In this document: positions 1 to 13,697 of the stretch, in pieces
Numbering within the stretch: position 1 is the stretch's first letter
How the letters are laid out: the number at the start of each line of letters is the position of its first letter
Assembly (NCBI GenBank): GCA_964016885.1
Contig: OZ024741.1
Span: 362,328,001 to 362,392,000, forward strand
Length of the DNA: 64,000 nucleotides
Direction: 5' to 3'
From: Eledone cirrhosa
Taxonomy: Eukaryota
Notes under the pieces: model-generated
What the model was told of the DNA's origin: nothing
Databases searched by the model: none
The model's input: the letters and a program-made list of their open reading frames with translations, nothing else
Translations under genes and position numbers: made by a program

Positions 1-263
1 TTTGTAAAAATTTTACATAGATCTATAGGATATGCATACCAACACTAACATATATATCCTAGAAACGATCGTAAAATGATGAATTTTTTAATATAAGGAA
101 CTGTTTCTTTGTTTATTCATTATTTTATTAATTTATCTTGACTCTGTTTTCCGTTATTTTTCACCGAAAAAATTTTTTGAATACATCTTCTCTTTTCATG
201 ATATTCGGATTACATTGAGTTCTTCATACGGATTGGACACTACCGTACTTTTTGGTAGATTTA

Positions 264-1588
264 TCTACATATATATATATATATATATATAAAGCAGAGG
301 ATGTCTATCTGTGTGTCTGTTTCCCTAAAACTCGACAAGTACGCAACCGTTTCTTTTCAAACTTTACACATGTAACGCGTATGGCCCCGGAAGTGTTTTG
401 AGCAAAAGAAATTTCAAATTATTCTGACCTAGGGATCGAATTGAAGTGGCCAATGTCTGTACATAATGAGGGAGTGAGAGGGGGGAGAAAGAAACGGAGA
501 GGCGAAGTGAAGAAGTGGCTCTCTACTCCTCCTTCTCCACATTCATCACAGCGTTTTTTGATAGAGGGGAGAAATGTGAACGAGTTACAGAGAGAAAGAG
601 TGAGAGTGGAAGAAACAGACAGACTAAAAGAGGGGGATAGCGGGAGAGAGAGAGAGAGTGACAGGCACCGTCTTTTGAGAATTGTATGCGTCAAAGATAC
701 ATGACAGTGGAATAACTATTGTGTATGCATGTACATGCACGCGCGTGTGTGTGAGTTTGTGTGCGTTTGCATGCGTGAGTGTGTATGTGTGCGTGAGTGA
801 TTATAAACTCTATCACATGGTCTGATGGAATTAACCCTTTAGTATTTACATTACTCTATATATACTCTATTATTTTCATGGTAAAGGCTTTATCTCACAT
901 AATATAAAAATCTCATAGATTTAAAATTATTTATTTTGAGAACAATACCTTAACCCTTTAGTATTAATGTGAGTGAGTTATAAAGAGAAAGAGTGAGAGT
1001 GAAAGAAACAGACAGACTAAAAGAGGGGGTAGCGGGAGAGAGAGAGAGAGAAAGTGAGATGCTGGAAGAGAGGAAGGAAAGCTATATGTCTTGCTGTCTG
1101 CATTACGATACATATATATACACACACACACACTGATCGCGCCATAATGAGGTAATGCAGACAGCCAGACCTACAGACAGATATTATAAGGGCACAACGT
1201 TATATCTATGTATCTATCTAAAAAGAAAGACTAAGAATTATAGAGAGAGATCGTAAATCGCCTAATGCGGTCCCTAGGGCATAGAAAATTTGAAATATTC
1301 TTTGCTCAAAACACTCACAGGATCATAAGTATGACATGTGTAAAGTTTGAAAACAATCGGTTGGGTGGTTCTCAAGTTTTAGTGAGCTGACAGACAGACA
1401 GACATTCTCTGTTTTCGATATATAGATATATATATATAATTATATATTCGTGTACAGATATTTTTGCATACACAATAACAAAATATAAATAAACGCATTT
1501 ATTTCACGAGGCTCAATAAGGATAAATATATATCAAATACATAAGAACCCTAGAGCAAATCCCGAGTAACGCCGGGCCATTCTGCTAG
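264..1588 (+). mobile_element. Non-autonomous Helitron (composite; contains an inverted Helitron 5' segment at ~1130-1427)
   Basis: Starts A|TC and ends with a subterminal hairpin CCCGAGTAACGCCGGG followed by CTAG|T; 5' motif shared with 1735, 46174 and 48341. Confidence 0.7.
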
Positions 1589-1734
1589 TATATAATAAAA
1601 GTGGATTAAAATAGAATTTATTTTAATCATATTATGCCATAAATCAGCTTAAATATGCTTTATACAGGCTAAAATCCGTATTTTGCAGAACATTATTTAT
1701 TCAAAATTGTATTTAAGCTCAATACTTAAGTATA

Positions 1735-2024
1735 TCTATATATCTAAAACAGAGAATGTCTGTCTGTCTGCTCACTAAAACTCGAGAATCACCCAACCTA
1801 TTGTTTTCAAACTTTACACATGTAATACTTATGGTCCTGTGAGTGTTTTCAGCAAAAATGCCCTAGGTGAAATGCATTAGGCGATTTAGCAATCTCTCTA
1901 TAATTCTTAGTCTTTCTCTTTTTAGATAGCTACTTACGTTGTGCCCTTATAATATATGTCTGTATGTCTGGCTGTCTTCATTACGGCATTATGACGTCGC
2001 TGTGTGTGTATATATGTATATATA

Positions 2025-2080
<56 letters not shown>

Positions 2081-2194
2081 TGTGTAACGTTTTTCGAAAT
2101 ATTTACTTCTGCGTTCACAGATGGATTTTTTTAGTTTCAGAAGATCCCGTTAAGGGTGAAAGCAGCGATTCTTTGCTTAAACTTTAATCTGTTA

Positions 2195-2238
<44 letters not shown>

Positions 2239-2310
2239 TATATTCGTGTATGTCTGGCTGTCTTCATTACGGCATTATGACGTCGCTGTGTGTGTATATA
2301 TGTATATATA

Positions 2311-2350
<40 letters not shown>

Positions 2351-2462
2351 TGTAACGTTTTTCGAAATATTTACTTCTGCGTTCACAGATGGATTTTTTT
2401 AGTTTCAGAAGATCCCGTTAAGGGTGAAAGCAGCGATTCTTTGCTTAAACTTTAATCTGTTA

Positions 2463-2528
<66 letters not shown>

Positions 2529-2674
2529 TATATTCGTGTACAGATATTTTTGCATACAAAATAACAAAATATAAACAAACGTATTTATTTCACGAGGCTC
2601 GAGAGGGATAAATATATATCAAATATATAAGAACCCTAGAGCAAATCCCGAGCAACGCCGAGTCATTCTGCTAG
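1735..2674 (+). mobile_element. Non-autonomous Helitron with internal ~290-bp tandem duplication
   Basis: A|TC start, hairpin CCCGAGCAACGCCGAG + CTAG|T end; ~1961-2250 is repeated at ~2248-2540. Confidence 0.75.
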
Positions 2675-2968
2675 TTACTATTAAAATTAAGAACTGATAA
2701 CCTTGAGTTATTTTCCTTTATCAATTTTCCACTGGAAAAAATAGACCTAAATTCGTATACAAAGTTAGCTTTCCTGCTTCAAATATACTTCTCTAATTTT
2801 AGGAGAGAAACTTAGCCTACGGGTAACAACTTCCCTTTTTCATATTTTTGTCCACGTGCCTGAAAGAAGAGCCAGTTTGAAACTGCCTCCTCCATTATAT
2901 AGTGGTGGCCATGACTGGACCCCGAAGCTATTAGTAGCACATATATGTAAAGTGTATAAAACTTTGGT

Positions 2969-3046
<78 letters not shown>

Positions 3047-3082
3047 CAATATCGGAGAAAGCTTTTTAGCGATACTTTTTAG

Positions 3083-3113
<31 letters not shown>

Positions 3114-3115
<2 letters not shown>

Positions 3116-5811
3116 GTCAGGAATAGACGTACTCGACGTCAGATGAGGCCTACCTTGAGGAGAAGAATATGGAAGTTGAAGAACCCCACAGCCAGTGACA
3201 AATTTAAAAGCTTATTACTTGATGCCTTTGACAATAAGGAAGAGCAATTAGAGACGTGCGATATAGAGGAACAGTGGCAATTCTCGAAAGTGAACCTGCT
3301 GAAAGCAACGGATGAAATCTGTGGCTGGAGCAGACCTATTGGCAGGAGGAGAGTAACTTGGTGGTGGAACAGTAAGGTGGAAGAGACAATCAAGGCCAAA
3401 AAGCAGGCTTGGAAAGTATGGCAGGATGGGGGAAGTAGAGAGCACTATCAAGTGGCCCGGAGAGAAGCTAGGAGACAAGTGTACCTTACAAAAAGGGTAG
3501 CAGAGGATAGAAAATTCAAGCATGTTCTACAACGTGAGGACCCAAAACGTGAGGTGTTCAGGATTGCTAAACAATGTGTCAAGGAAAACCGTGATATTGT
3601 CGGGGAGAAGTGTGTCCATAATGATAATGGTGTACTTGCCATCACTGATACTGATAAGAAGATAGCCTGGAAGTGTCACTACGAGAGACTATTAAATGAG
3701 GAGAATAAATGGGAAAAAGGTAGTCTGCCCTAAATCGATCCAATAGAAGGACCAGCGGTGCAAGTTAAAGGTAGTATAATAAGTAAGGCAATCAAAGATA
3801 TGAAGACAGACAAGGCAGCTGGGCCTTCGGAGATGATTGCTGAGATGTTGAAGGCATCTGGTATGGTGGGACACACTATGGTCACCTGTATAGTTAACCA
3901 AGTAATAAAGAATGGGGTCATACCGAAAGACTGGCGTAGCAGCATCATCATTAACTGCTACAAGGGTAAAGAGGATGCTCTAGATAGGGGAAACTATAAA
4001 GGCATTAAGTTAGTTGACCAGGTCATGAAGGTCACAGAAAGAGTTATAGCGCAACTAATCAGAGAGCGAATTGATCTAGATGAAATGCAGTTTGGGTTTG
4101 TGTCAGGTAAAGTACCACAGATGCTCTTTTCCTTGTACGACAACTACAAGAGAAATACTTAGCTAAAGGTAAATCCCTCTACTTAGCTTTTGTAGACCTG
4201 GAGAAAGCCTTTGACAGAGTCCCCCGCTCCATTATCTGGTGGGCTCTTAGAAAACTAGGTGTAGATAAATGGCTTGTGAGAGCTATACAAGCTATGTATA
4301 ATGAAACAGTCAGTTAGGTTAGAATTAACAATTAATATTGTGAAGAATTTAGTGTAAAAGTTGGCGTTCATCAAGGCTCTGTCCTTAGCCCCCTTCAGGC
4401 TATAACAGAGGAGTTCAAGACCGGCTGCCCATGGGAACTCCTATATGCAGATGATCTAACGCTCATAGCTGAATCAATGGCTGAACTAGAGAAGAAATTC
4501 CAAACATGGAAGCATGGCCTAGAATCAAAAGGCCTTAAAGTTAACTTGTCTAAGACTAAAGTTCTAGTTTGTAGAAAGGAAACTAGGGCACAGGTGCCCT
4601 CAGGGAAATGGCCATGCTCAGTGTGTAGGAAAGGAGTAGGCAGAAATTCCATTTTAAGTCCAAAATGCAAAGCATGGGTACATAAATGATGTAGTGGGAT
4701 CACAGGTAAACAATCTAAGAACGTAGACTTTATATGTGGCCAATGCTCAGGTGCAATAAGTAGCAAGTGTCCACAGGATACTAGCTCCTTCTATTGCCCA
4801 GATGGTTCTATAGAAATAGTAGACACTTTCCGTTGCTTGGGTGACGAAATCAGCAGTGGTGGAGGGTGTTCTGAAAGTACAGTAGCTAGAGTCAGAACGG
4901 GATGGAAAAAGTTCAGAGAGCTTATACCGCTGTTGGCCACAAAACGTTTCTCTCTAAAAATGAAAGGCAGATTGTATGATGCCTGTATACGAACAGCAAT
5001 GCTACATGGCAGTGAGACATGGGCATTACGTGCAGAGGACCTGCACAGACTGGAAAGGAACGAAGCATGCATGCTCCGCTGGATGTGTAATAGTAATATA
5101 CGTGAATGGCAAAGCATAAATGAACTAAGTAAGAAATTAGGAATAAGAGGGATCAGATGCTGTTTACTTGAGAGAATACTATGTTGGTATGGTCACGTGA
5201 TACGCATGAATGACGACAGCTGCATAAAAAAGTGCAGGGCGATCAAAATTGATGGTAGTTACGGAGTAGGTAGACCCAGAAAAACCTGGGATGATCTGAT
5301 AAATTCCAACCTCACACACTTGCACCTCTCTAAGACAATGTCACTGGACCGAGATCTTTGGCGCAGTAATACAGAAGACCTGCCTTGCCTATGTACAAAG
5401 CGAAACCTACAGTCAGTAGGTATCTCTTAACCAAATATACACCCCAATCCACTACCCCTACCCTATCCTCCCACTCCTACCAACACCACCCTCTCTCTGT
5501 AAAGTTGGTACCACAACATCCAGTCCAAATAAATGATATAATGAGATCAAGATCGTGTAGGTGTCACAACAAAAAAACACACAGTCCACGCTGTGATGTG
5601 GCCGTGTAGGTAACATGGTAAAAAGTTTCCAGTTCCACACTGTAAATGTGGTTGGTGTTAGGAAGGGCATCCAGCCGTAGAAAACCTGCCAGATAGTCCT
5701 ATATGAGCGAGACACGGTCACCCGACCAACCTTGCCTCAAGTGGGACAATTCCCATCTAACCCATGCTAGCGTGGAAGATCGACGTTAAACGATGATGAT
5801 GATGATGATGA
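3114..5811 (+). mobile_element. 5'-truncated, decayed RTE-clade LINE (RT + PHD-like finger), (GAT)n tail
   Basis: ORF pieces [49 protein letters not shown] broken by stops and frameshifts; (GAT)n tail; flanked by (TA)n. Confidence 0.93.
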
Positions 5812-5838
5812 TATATATATATACACTATATATATATA

Positions 5839-5882
<44 letters not shown>

Positions 5883-6250
5883 AGAGAGAGAGAGAAGGTG
5901 AAGTTGGAAATAGGTCGGAAAATATATGTTAAGGTCTGTATTTCTTTTTTTTTTTTCTTTGATTCGTCAAAGTGACATTATTGAAAAGATGACATTGAAA
6001 AAATGAGAGGACTATTCTTTTTTAAAAAGTTTTATAATGTATATAAAGTATATAAAGTATTACCGGTTTCAATGTATTATTAAAATTCATTTTATCAAAT
6101 GTTGAGTATTACAATTAAAAAGAATTAATAGGAATTAAAAACTAAAAGTTAAAGATTTAAAATTAAGTGTTGGAGTAAGTTTTTTCCCCTCTTCCTTGCT
6201 CAAAAGTGGACTGGAGATTGAATTCTTGTGTAGGCATGATAGTAGCAGTA

Positions 6251-6302
<52 letters not shown>

Positions 6303-6393
6303 CGAAGGAAATGTGGTAAGGAACCAGGTGGACCATAACGCACCAAAGTACTCAATACTTGAGGTAGTAGAGTGGGTAATAGGAACCAGTAAG

Positions 6394-6487
6394 ACCCCGA
6401 CAGCTGAGCTCAAGCCGTTTCGACGGCTAATTCAGGACTAAATGAAAATTTATCCTGGTATTTAAATAGCCGATCTTCTCAAGGGGT
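6394..6487 (-). ncRNA. Type I hammerhead ribozyme, U3-A8 core variant
   Basis: Reverse complement of 8230-8323. Confidence 0.75.
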
Positions 6488-8229
6488 AATTCCATATATG
6501 GTCAAAGTGATTGTCAAAAATCAGTAGTAATTCTGTGGTTGCAAATTAGTAGGGGAGATGGTGGCTAAACCTGCCAGTAGGAGAAAGAGGGGAGGGGGTG
6601 GAGTAGACCCAATCAAGCGTTGGTAGTGCCAGCTACAGCTGGGCATGAGGTCAAAGAAGATACAGGGGAGGGGGAGGGGGAGGGGGAGGAAGTCGGAACG
6701 GTAGGTAGAACAATGGGGGGTAGAAATATAGGAAGGAAAAAATACTGAGAGTGAAGAAAAGCAAATAAGTGTAAAGAAAAAAGTAAAGTAAATTAAATTC
6801 TACGACCTAGGTGTCAGGCTATTGTTAGGCTAGAATAAAATAAAGAAAGAAAGAAAGAAGTAAAGAAATAAATAAATAAAGAAATAACGAAATAAGTAAA
6901 AGAACTAGGTGGGACGAAATAGGCAAAGACCCTTTTAAGAGGTATAAGTACGTAAATGATACGGTGACGGGTCAACAAAAGGGACCAAAATACTAAAGAG
7001 ACTACCACGAAATAAACAATAAAGGTTTCCATCCCGGGCCAGCAACGACCCAGTGCAGCAAAGTGAACTATAGGGTGAACTATAGGGTGAACTATAGGGT
7101 AGACTAGGGCTATAACACCCCACTTGCCGATTTTGCAATGGGTAACCCCTGCTTGCCAAGGAAGACGTAAGATCTTCTTTGTATTCTTTTATCGCTTCCT
7201 TTATTTCCTTCCCCCCTCTCTCCTTTGTCCTTCTACCCCAGCTCCTGTCTTTCTACCCCAGCTCTTCTCCTTTGTCGGCGTCTTTTCTCGCCCACCCGAG
7301 GCTGCCCTTTGGCCCCATGTAGCTTTAGTACCCCCACCACCCCCTCCCCTAGTCTATGATAGATTTGGCGGACTCCGCCCTTTATAGCAGTTGGCTTAGA
7401 CCCCGGATACTTGCCCCCTCTTTCCGACTGCTCCCACTATTCTCTGTGCCCTCTATATTTCTTAGTGGCACTTATGCCTTATTTTTTCGTTTCAGTATTT
7501 CTTGCTTCGCTTTTCTTCTGGGCGGGGTGGATTCTGAATTTATTTCTCCGTATTCTACCTTTATTTCGTACGAACTTTGTAGCTTGTTTTAGATCTTTTA
7601 GAGTTAGCATTAGTATATATTTTTCTCGGGACTCAGAATTATTATCTCGTACAAGTTCACTTTGCTGCACTGGGTCGTTGCTGGCCCGGGATGGAAACCT
7701 TTATTGTTTATTTCGTGGTAGTCTCTTTAGTATTTTGGCCCCTTTTGTTGACCCGTCACCGTATCATTTACGTACTTATACCTCTTAAAAGGGTCTTTGC
7801 CTATTTCGTCCCACCTAGTTCTTTTACTTATTTCGTTATTTCTTTATTTATTTATTTCTTTACTTCTTTCTTTCTTTCTTTATTTTATTCTAGCCTAACA
7901 ATAGCCTGACACCTAGGTCGTAGAATTTAATTTACTTTACTTTTTTCTTTACACTTATTTGCTTTTCTTCACTCTCAGTATTTTTTCCTTCCTATATTTC
8001 TACCCCCCATTGTTCTACCTACCGTTCCGACTTCCTCCCCCTCCCCCTCCCCTGTATCTTCTTTGACCTCATGCCCAGCTGTAGCTGGCACTACCAACGC
8101 TTGATTGGGACTACTCCACCCCCTCCCCTCTTTCTCCTACTGGCAGGTTTAGCCACCATCTCCCCTACTAATTTGCAACCACAGAATTACTACTGATTTT
8201 TGACAATCACTTTGACCATATATGGAATT

Positions 8230-8323
8230 ACCCCTTGAGAAGATCGGCTATTTAAATACCAGGATAAATTTTCATTTAGTCCAGAATTAGCCGTCGAAAC
8301 GGCTTGAGCTCAGCTGTCGGGGT
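8230..8323 (+). ncRNA. Type I hammerhead ribozyme, U3-A8 core variant
   Basis: ACCCC-UUGAGAA-GA(U)CGGCUA..UAGCCGUC-GAAA-CGGCU ugagcuc AGCUG-UC-GGGGU; predicted cleavage after GUC 8316-8318. Confidence 0.78.
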
Positions 8324-8333
8324 CTTACTGGTT

Positions 8334-8369
<36 letters not shown>

Positions 8370-8380
8370 CATACATATAT

Positions 8381-9195
8381 TATCATCATCATCATCATCA
8401 CCGTTTTACATCCGTTCTTCCACGCTAGCATGGGTTAGACGGGTTGTCCTGTTGTGGGCAGTGTCTGGTCGGCTGACCATGCCTTGCTCATACAGGAACT
8501 GATTCTGGCTTGATTTCTACAACTGGATACCCTTCCTAACACCAACCTCATTTACAGTGAGTGCTGGGTGCTTTTTTTCCGTGGCGCCTACACGGCCACT
8601 TTACAGTGTGGGCTGGGTGCTTTTTGCTGTGGCACCTCCACGATCACTTTGCAGTGAGAGGGTGTGGGGGCATATTGTCTATATGCTTCAGCTTCAGCTT
8701 GTACCCATGGGGGGGGGGGGGTATTCTGTATTACTGCGTGACGCCAGAAGTCACAGTTGTGTGTCATCGCCTTTGAGAGGTGTAATTGGGTAAGGTCGGC
8801 TTTTATCATCTCATCCCAGGTCTTCTTGGGTCTCCCCACTCTGCAGTTTCCATCGACTTCTAGTGCTCTGCACCTTTTTATGCAGCTGTCATCCTTCATA
8901 CGCATCACATGTCCACACCAACGCAACCGCCTCTCCTGCACACAGCATTTGATTCCTCTTATGCTCAGTCTCTCTCTCAATTCATTTATGCTTCGCCATT
9001 CGTATATATTACTGACACATCCATCGGAGCATGCAGGCTTTGTTTCTTTCTAATCTACGCAAGTCTTCAACAGACAGCTCCAGGTCTCACTACCATGTAA
9101 CATTGCTGTTCGTATACACGCATCATAAGTCTGCCTTTCATTTTGAGGGAAAAGCCTTTTGCAGCTAGCAGTGGCAGTAGCTCCCTGAACTTCTT
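8381..9195 (-). mobile_element. RTE LINE 3' fragment (second subfamily)
   Basis: RRLRWCGHVMRM..GRPKKTW, RTE-type 3' UTR (GTTAGGAAGGG), (GAT)n tail, (TA)n flanks. Confidence 0.88.
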
Positions 9196-9207
9196 ATATA
9201 TATGTAT

Positions 9208-9284
<77 letters not shown>

Positions 9285-9288
<4 letters not shown>

Positions 9289-12200
9289 TCATCATCATCA
9301 TCATCATCATTGTTTAATGTCCATCTTCCACGCTTGCATGGGTTTGGATGGGAGTTTTCCCACTTGAGGCAAGAGTGGTTGTCTTGCTCGCATAGGACTG
9401 TCTGGCGGGTTTTCTACGGCTGGATGCCCTTCCTAACACCAACCACGTTTACAGTGTGGACTGGGAGGTTTAGACCGTGTTACCTACACGGCCACATTAC
9501 AGCGTGGACTGTGTGTTTTTTTTTATCGTGACACCTACACGACCTCATTTGTTTCGGCCTGGATGTTGTGGTACCAACATAACTTTACATTGAAAGGGGT
9601 GGTGTGGATGGGGTGGGGTAGTAGGACGGGGGTGTATTTTTGTTAGAAGTGCCTACTGACTGTAGTAGGTTTCACTTTGTACTTAGGTAAGGCGGGTCTT
9701 CTGCATTACTGTGTAGCGCCAAAGATCTCGGTCCAGTGACATTGTCTTGGAGAGGTGTAAGTGTGTGAGGTCGGAATTTATCAAGTCGTCCCAGGTTTTT
9801 CTGGGTCTGCCTACTCCGTGGCTACCATCTATTTTTATTGCCCTGCACTTTTTTATACAGCTGTCGTCTTTCATGCGCATCACGTGACCATACCAACGTA
9901 GTCTTCTCTCGAGTAAACAACATCTGATCCCTCTTATTTCTAATTTTTCCCTTAGTTTGTTTATGCTTTGCCGTTCACGTATATTACTATTACACATACA
10001 GCGGAGCATGCAAGCTTCGTTCCTCTCCAGTCTGCGTATATCCTCTGCACACAATGCCCAGGTCTCACTGCCATGTAACATTGCTGTTCGTATGCAGGCA
10101 TCATACAGCCTGCCTTTCATTTTTAGAGAGAACCCTTTAGCGGCTAATAGTGGTATAAGCTCTCTGAACTTTTTCCATCCAGTTCTGACTCTAGCTACTG
10201 TACTTTCAGAGCACCCTCCACCACTGCTGATTTTGTCACCCAAGTAACGGAAGGTGTCCACTATTTCTATAGAACCATCTGTGCAATGGAATGAGCTAGT
10301 ATTCTGTGGGCACTTGCTGCTACTTATTGCACCTGAGCACCGCCCACAAATCTATGTTCTTAGTTAGCTTACCTGTGATCCCACTACATCTTTTATGCAC
10401 CCATACTTTGCATTTGTGACATAAAATGGAGTTTCTACCTACTCCTTTCCTACACACTGAGCATGGCCATTTCCCGGATGGAACCGGTGCCCTATTTTCC
10501 TTCCTACAAACTAGAACTTTAGTCTTAGACAGGTTAATTTTAAGGCCTTTTGATTCTAGACCATGCTTCCATGTTTGGAATTTCTTCTCAAGTTCAGCCA
10601 TTGATTCAGCTGAGCGTTAGATTATCTGCGTATAGGAGTTCCCATGGGCAGCCGGTCTTGAACTCCACTGTTATAGCCTGAAGGGCAATAATAAATAGTT
10701 GGGGGGCTAAGAACGGAGCCCTGATGAACACCAACTTTTACGCTAAACTCTTCACTATATTCGTTGTTAATTCTAGCCTTGCTGACTGTTTCTTTATACA
10801 TGGTTTGTATTGCTCTCACAAGCCATTCATCAACACCTAGTTTTCTAAGAGCCCTCCAGATAATGGAACGGGGACTCTGTCAAAGGCTTTCTCCAAGTTG
10901 ACAAAAGCTAAGTATAGGGGTTTACTTTTAGCTAGGTACTTCTCCTGAAGTTGTCGTACAATGAAAATAGCGTCTGTGGTACTTTTACCTGACACAAACC
11001 CGAACTGCATTTCACCTAGATCAATTCGCTCTCTGATTAGTTGCACTATTACTTTTTCTGTGAACTTCATGACTTGGTCGATTAATTTAATGCCTCTATA
11101 GTTACCCCTATCTAGGGCATCTCCTTTACCCTTATAGCAGTTAATGATGATGCTGCTACGCCAGTCCTTCGGAACAACACCATTCTGTATGACTTGGTTT
11201 ACTATCCGGGTGACCATGGTGTGTCCCACCGTTCCAGAAGCTTTCAGCATTTCAGCAACTATTTCCGAAGGCCCAGCCGCCTTACCCGTCTTCATATCTT
11301 TGATTGCCTTACTTATTATACTACCTTCGACTAACACTGCTGGTCCTTCTATTGGATCGATGTGGGGGAGACTGTCTTTCTCCCATTTATTCTCCTCATT
11401 TAATAGCCTTTCGTAGTGACACTTCCAAGCTACCTTCTTATCAGCGTCAGTGATGGCAAGTACACCATCATCATTAAGGATACACTTCTCCCCGACAATA
11501 TCACGGTTTTCCTTGACACATTGCCTAGCAATCCTGAACACCTCACGTTTTTGGTCCTCGCGTTGTAGAACTGCTTGAACTTTCTTTCCTCTGCTTCCCT
11601 TCTTGTGAAGTACACTTGTCTCCTAGCTTCCCTCCTGGCCACTTGATAGTCTTCTCTACTTCCCCCATCCCGCCATACTTTCCAAGCCTGCTTTTTGGCC
11701 TTAATTGACTCCTCCACCTTACTGTTCCACCACCACGTTACTCTCCTCCTGCCTATAGGCCTGCTCCAGCCACAGACTTCGTCTGCCGCCATCAGCAGGT
11801 TTGCTTTCAGGAATACCCACTGTTCCTCTATATTGTACGACTCTAATTGCTCTTCCTTACCGTCGAAAGCATCAAGTAATATGCTTTTAAATTTATTACT
11901 GGCTGTGGGGTCCTTTAGCTTCCATATTTTTCTCCTGAGGATAGTCCTCTTCTCTTGTCTAGTACGTCTCGTCCTGACTATGAGGTCGCTAATTATCAGT
12001 CTATGTTGGGAGGTGCATTCTTCATGGGGGAGGGATTTAGTGTTTACAACAGAAACTCTGTCACGTCTTCTGGTAAGGATATAATCTACCTGGCTGGTAT
12101 GTTCCCCTGATCTGTAGGTGATCAAGTGATTGTCTCGTTTTTTGAAGTTAGTGTTACAGATAGGTTATTTGTTAGGTTATTTGTGTCACAGAATTCCAGG

Positions 12201-12303
12201 ATTCTGGAGCCTTCCTCATTTCTAGTACCAAACCCATAGCCTCCATGGATTCCATCATAGCTGTCACAATGTTGTCCAACGTGACCATTTAGGTCACCAG
12301 CAA

Positions 12304-12307
<4 letters not shown>
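9285..12307 (-). mobile_element. 5'-truncated RTE LINE (end of APE endonuclease, RT, PHD-like finger)
   Basis: [21 protein letters not shown] endonuclease motifs; RT motifs; frameshifts; (GAT)n tail at 9285-9310. Confidence 0.94.
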
Positions 12308-12361
<54 letters not shown>

Positions 12362-12362
12362 C

Positions 12363-12429
<67 letters not shown>

Positions 12430-12466
12430 CATATATATACATATATATATATACATATATATATAT

Positions 12467-13693
<1,227 letters not shown>

Positions 13694-13697
13694 ATGC

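Larger units (their letters stand above)
6301..8338. mobile_element. ORF-less foldback element, probably non-autonomous Penelope-like with inverted pseudo-LTRs
   Basis: Arms 6379-7069 and 7654-8338 are near-perfect reverse complements; each carries a hammerhead fold; (TA)n on both sides; left arm extends ~80 bp further. Confidence 0.75.

Noticed and set aside
6814-7909. Duplicated 72-aa hydrophobic ORFs (METFIVYF..)
   Set aside because: T-rich low-complexity translations duplicated by the inverted repeat; no evidence of coding.
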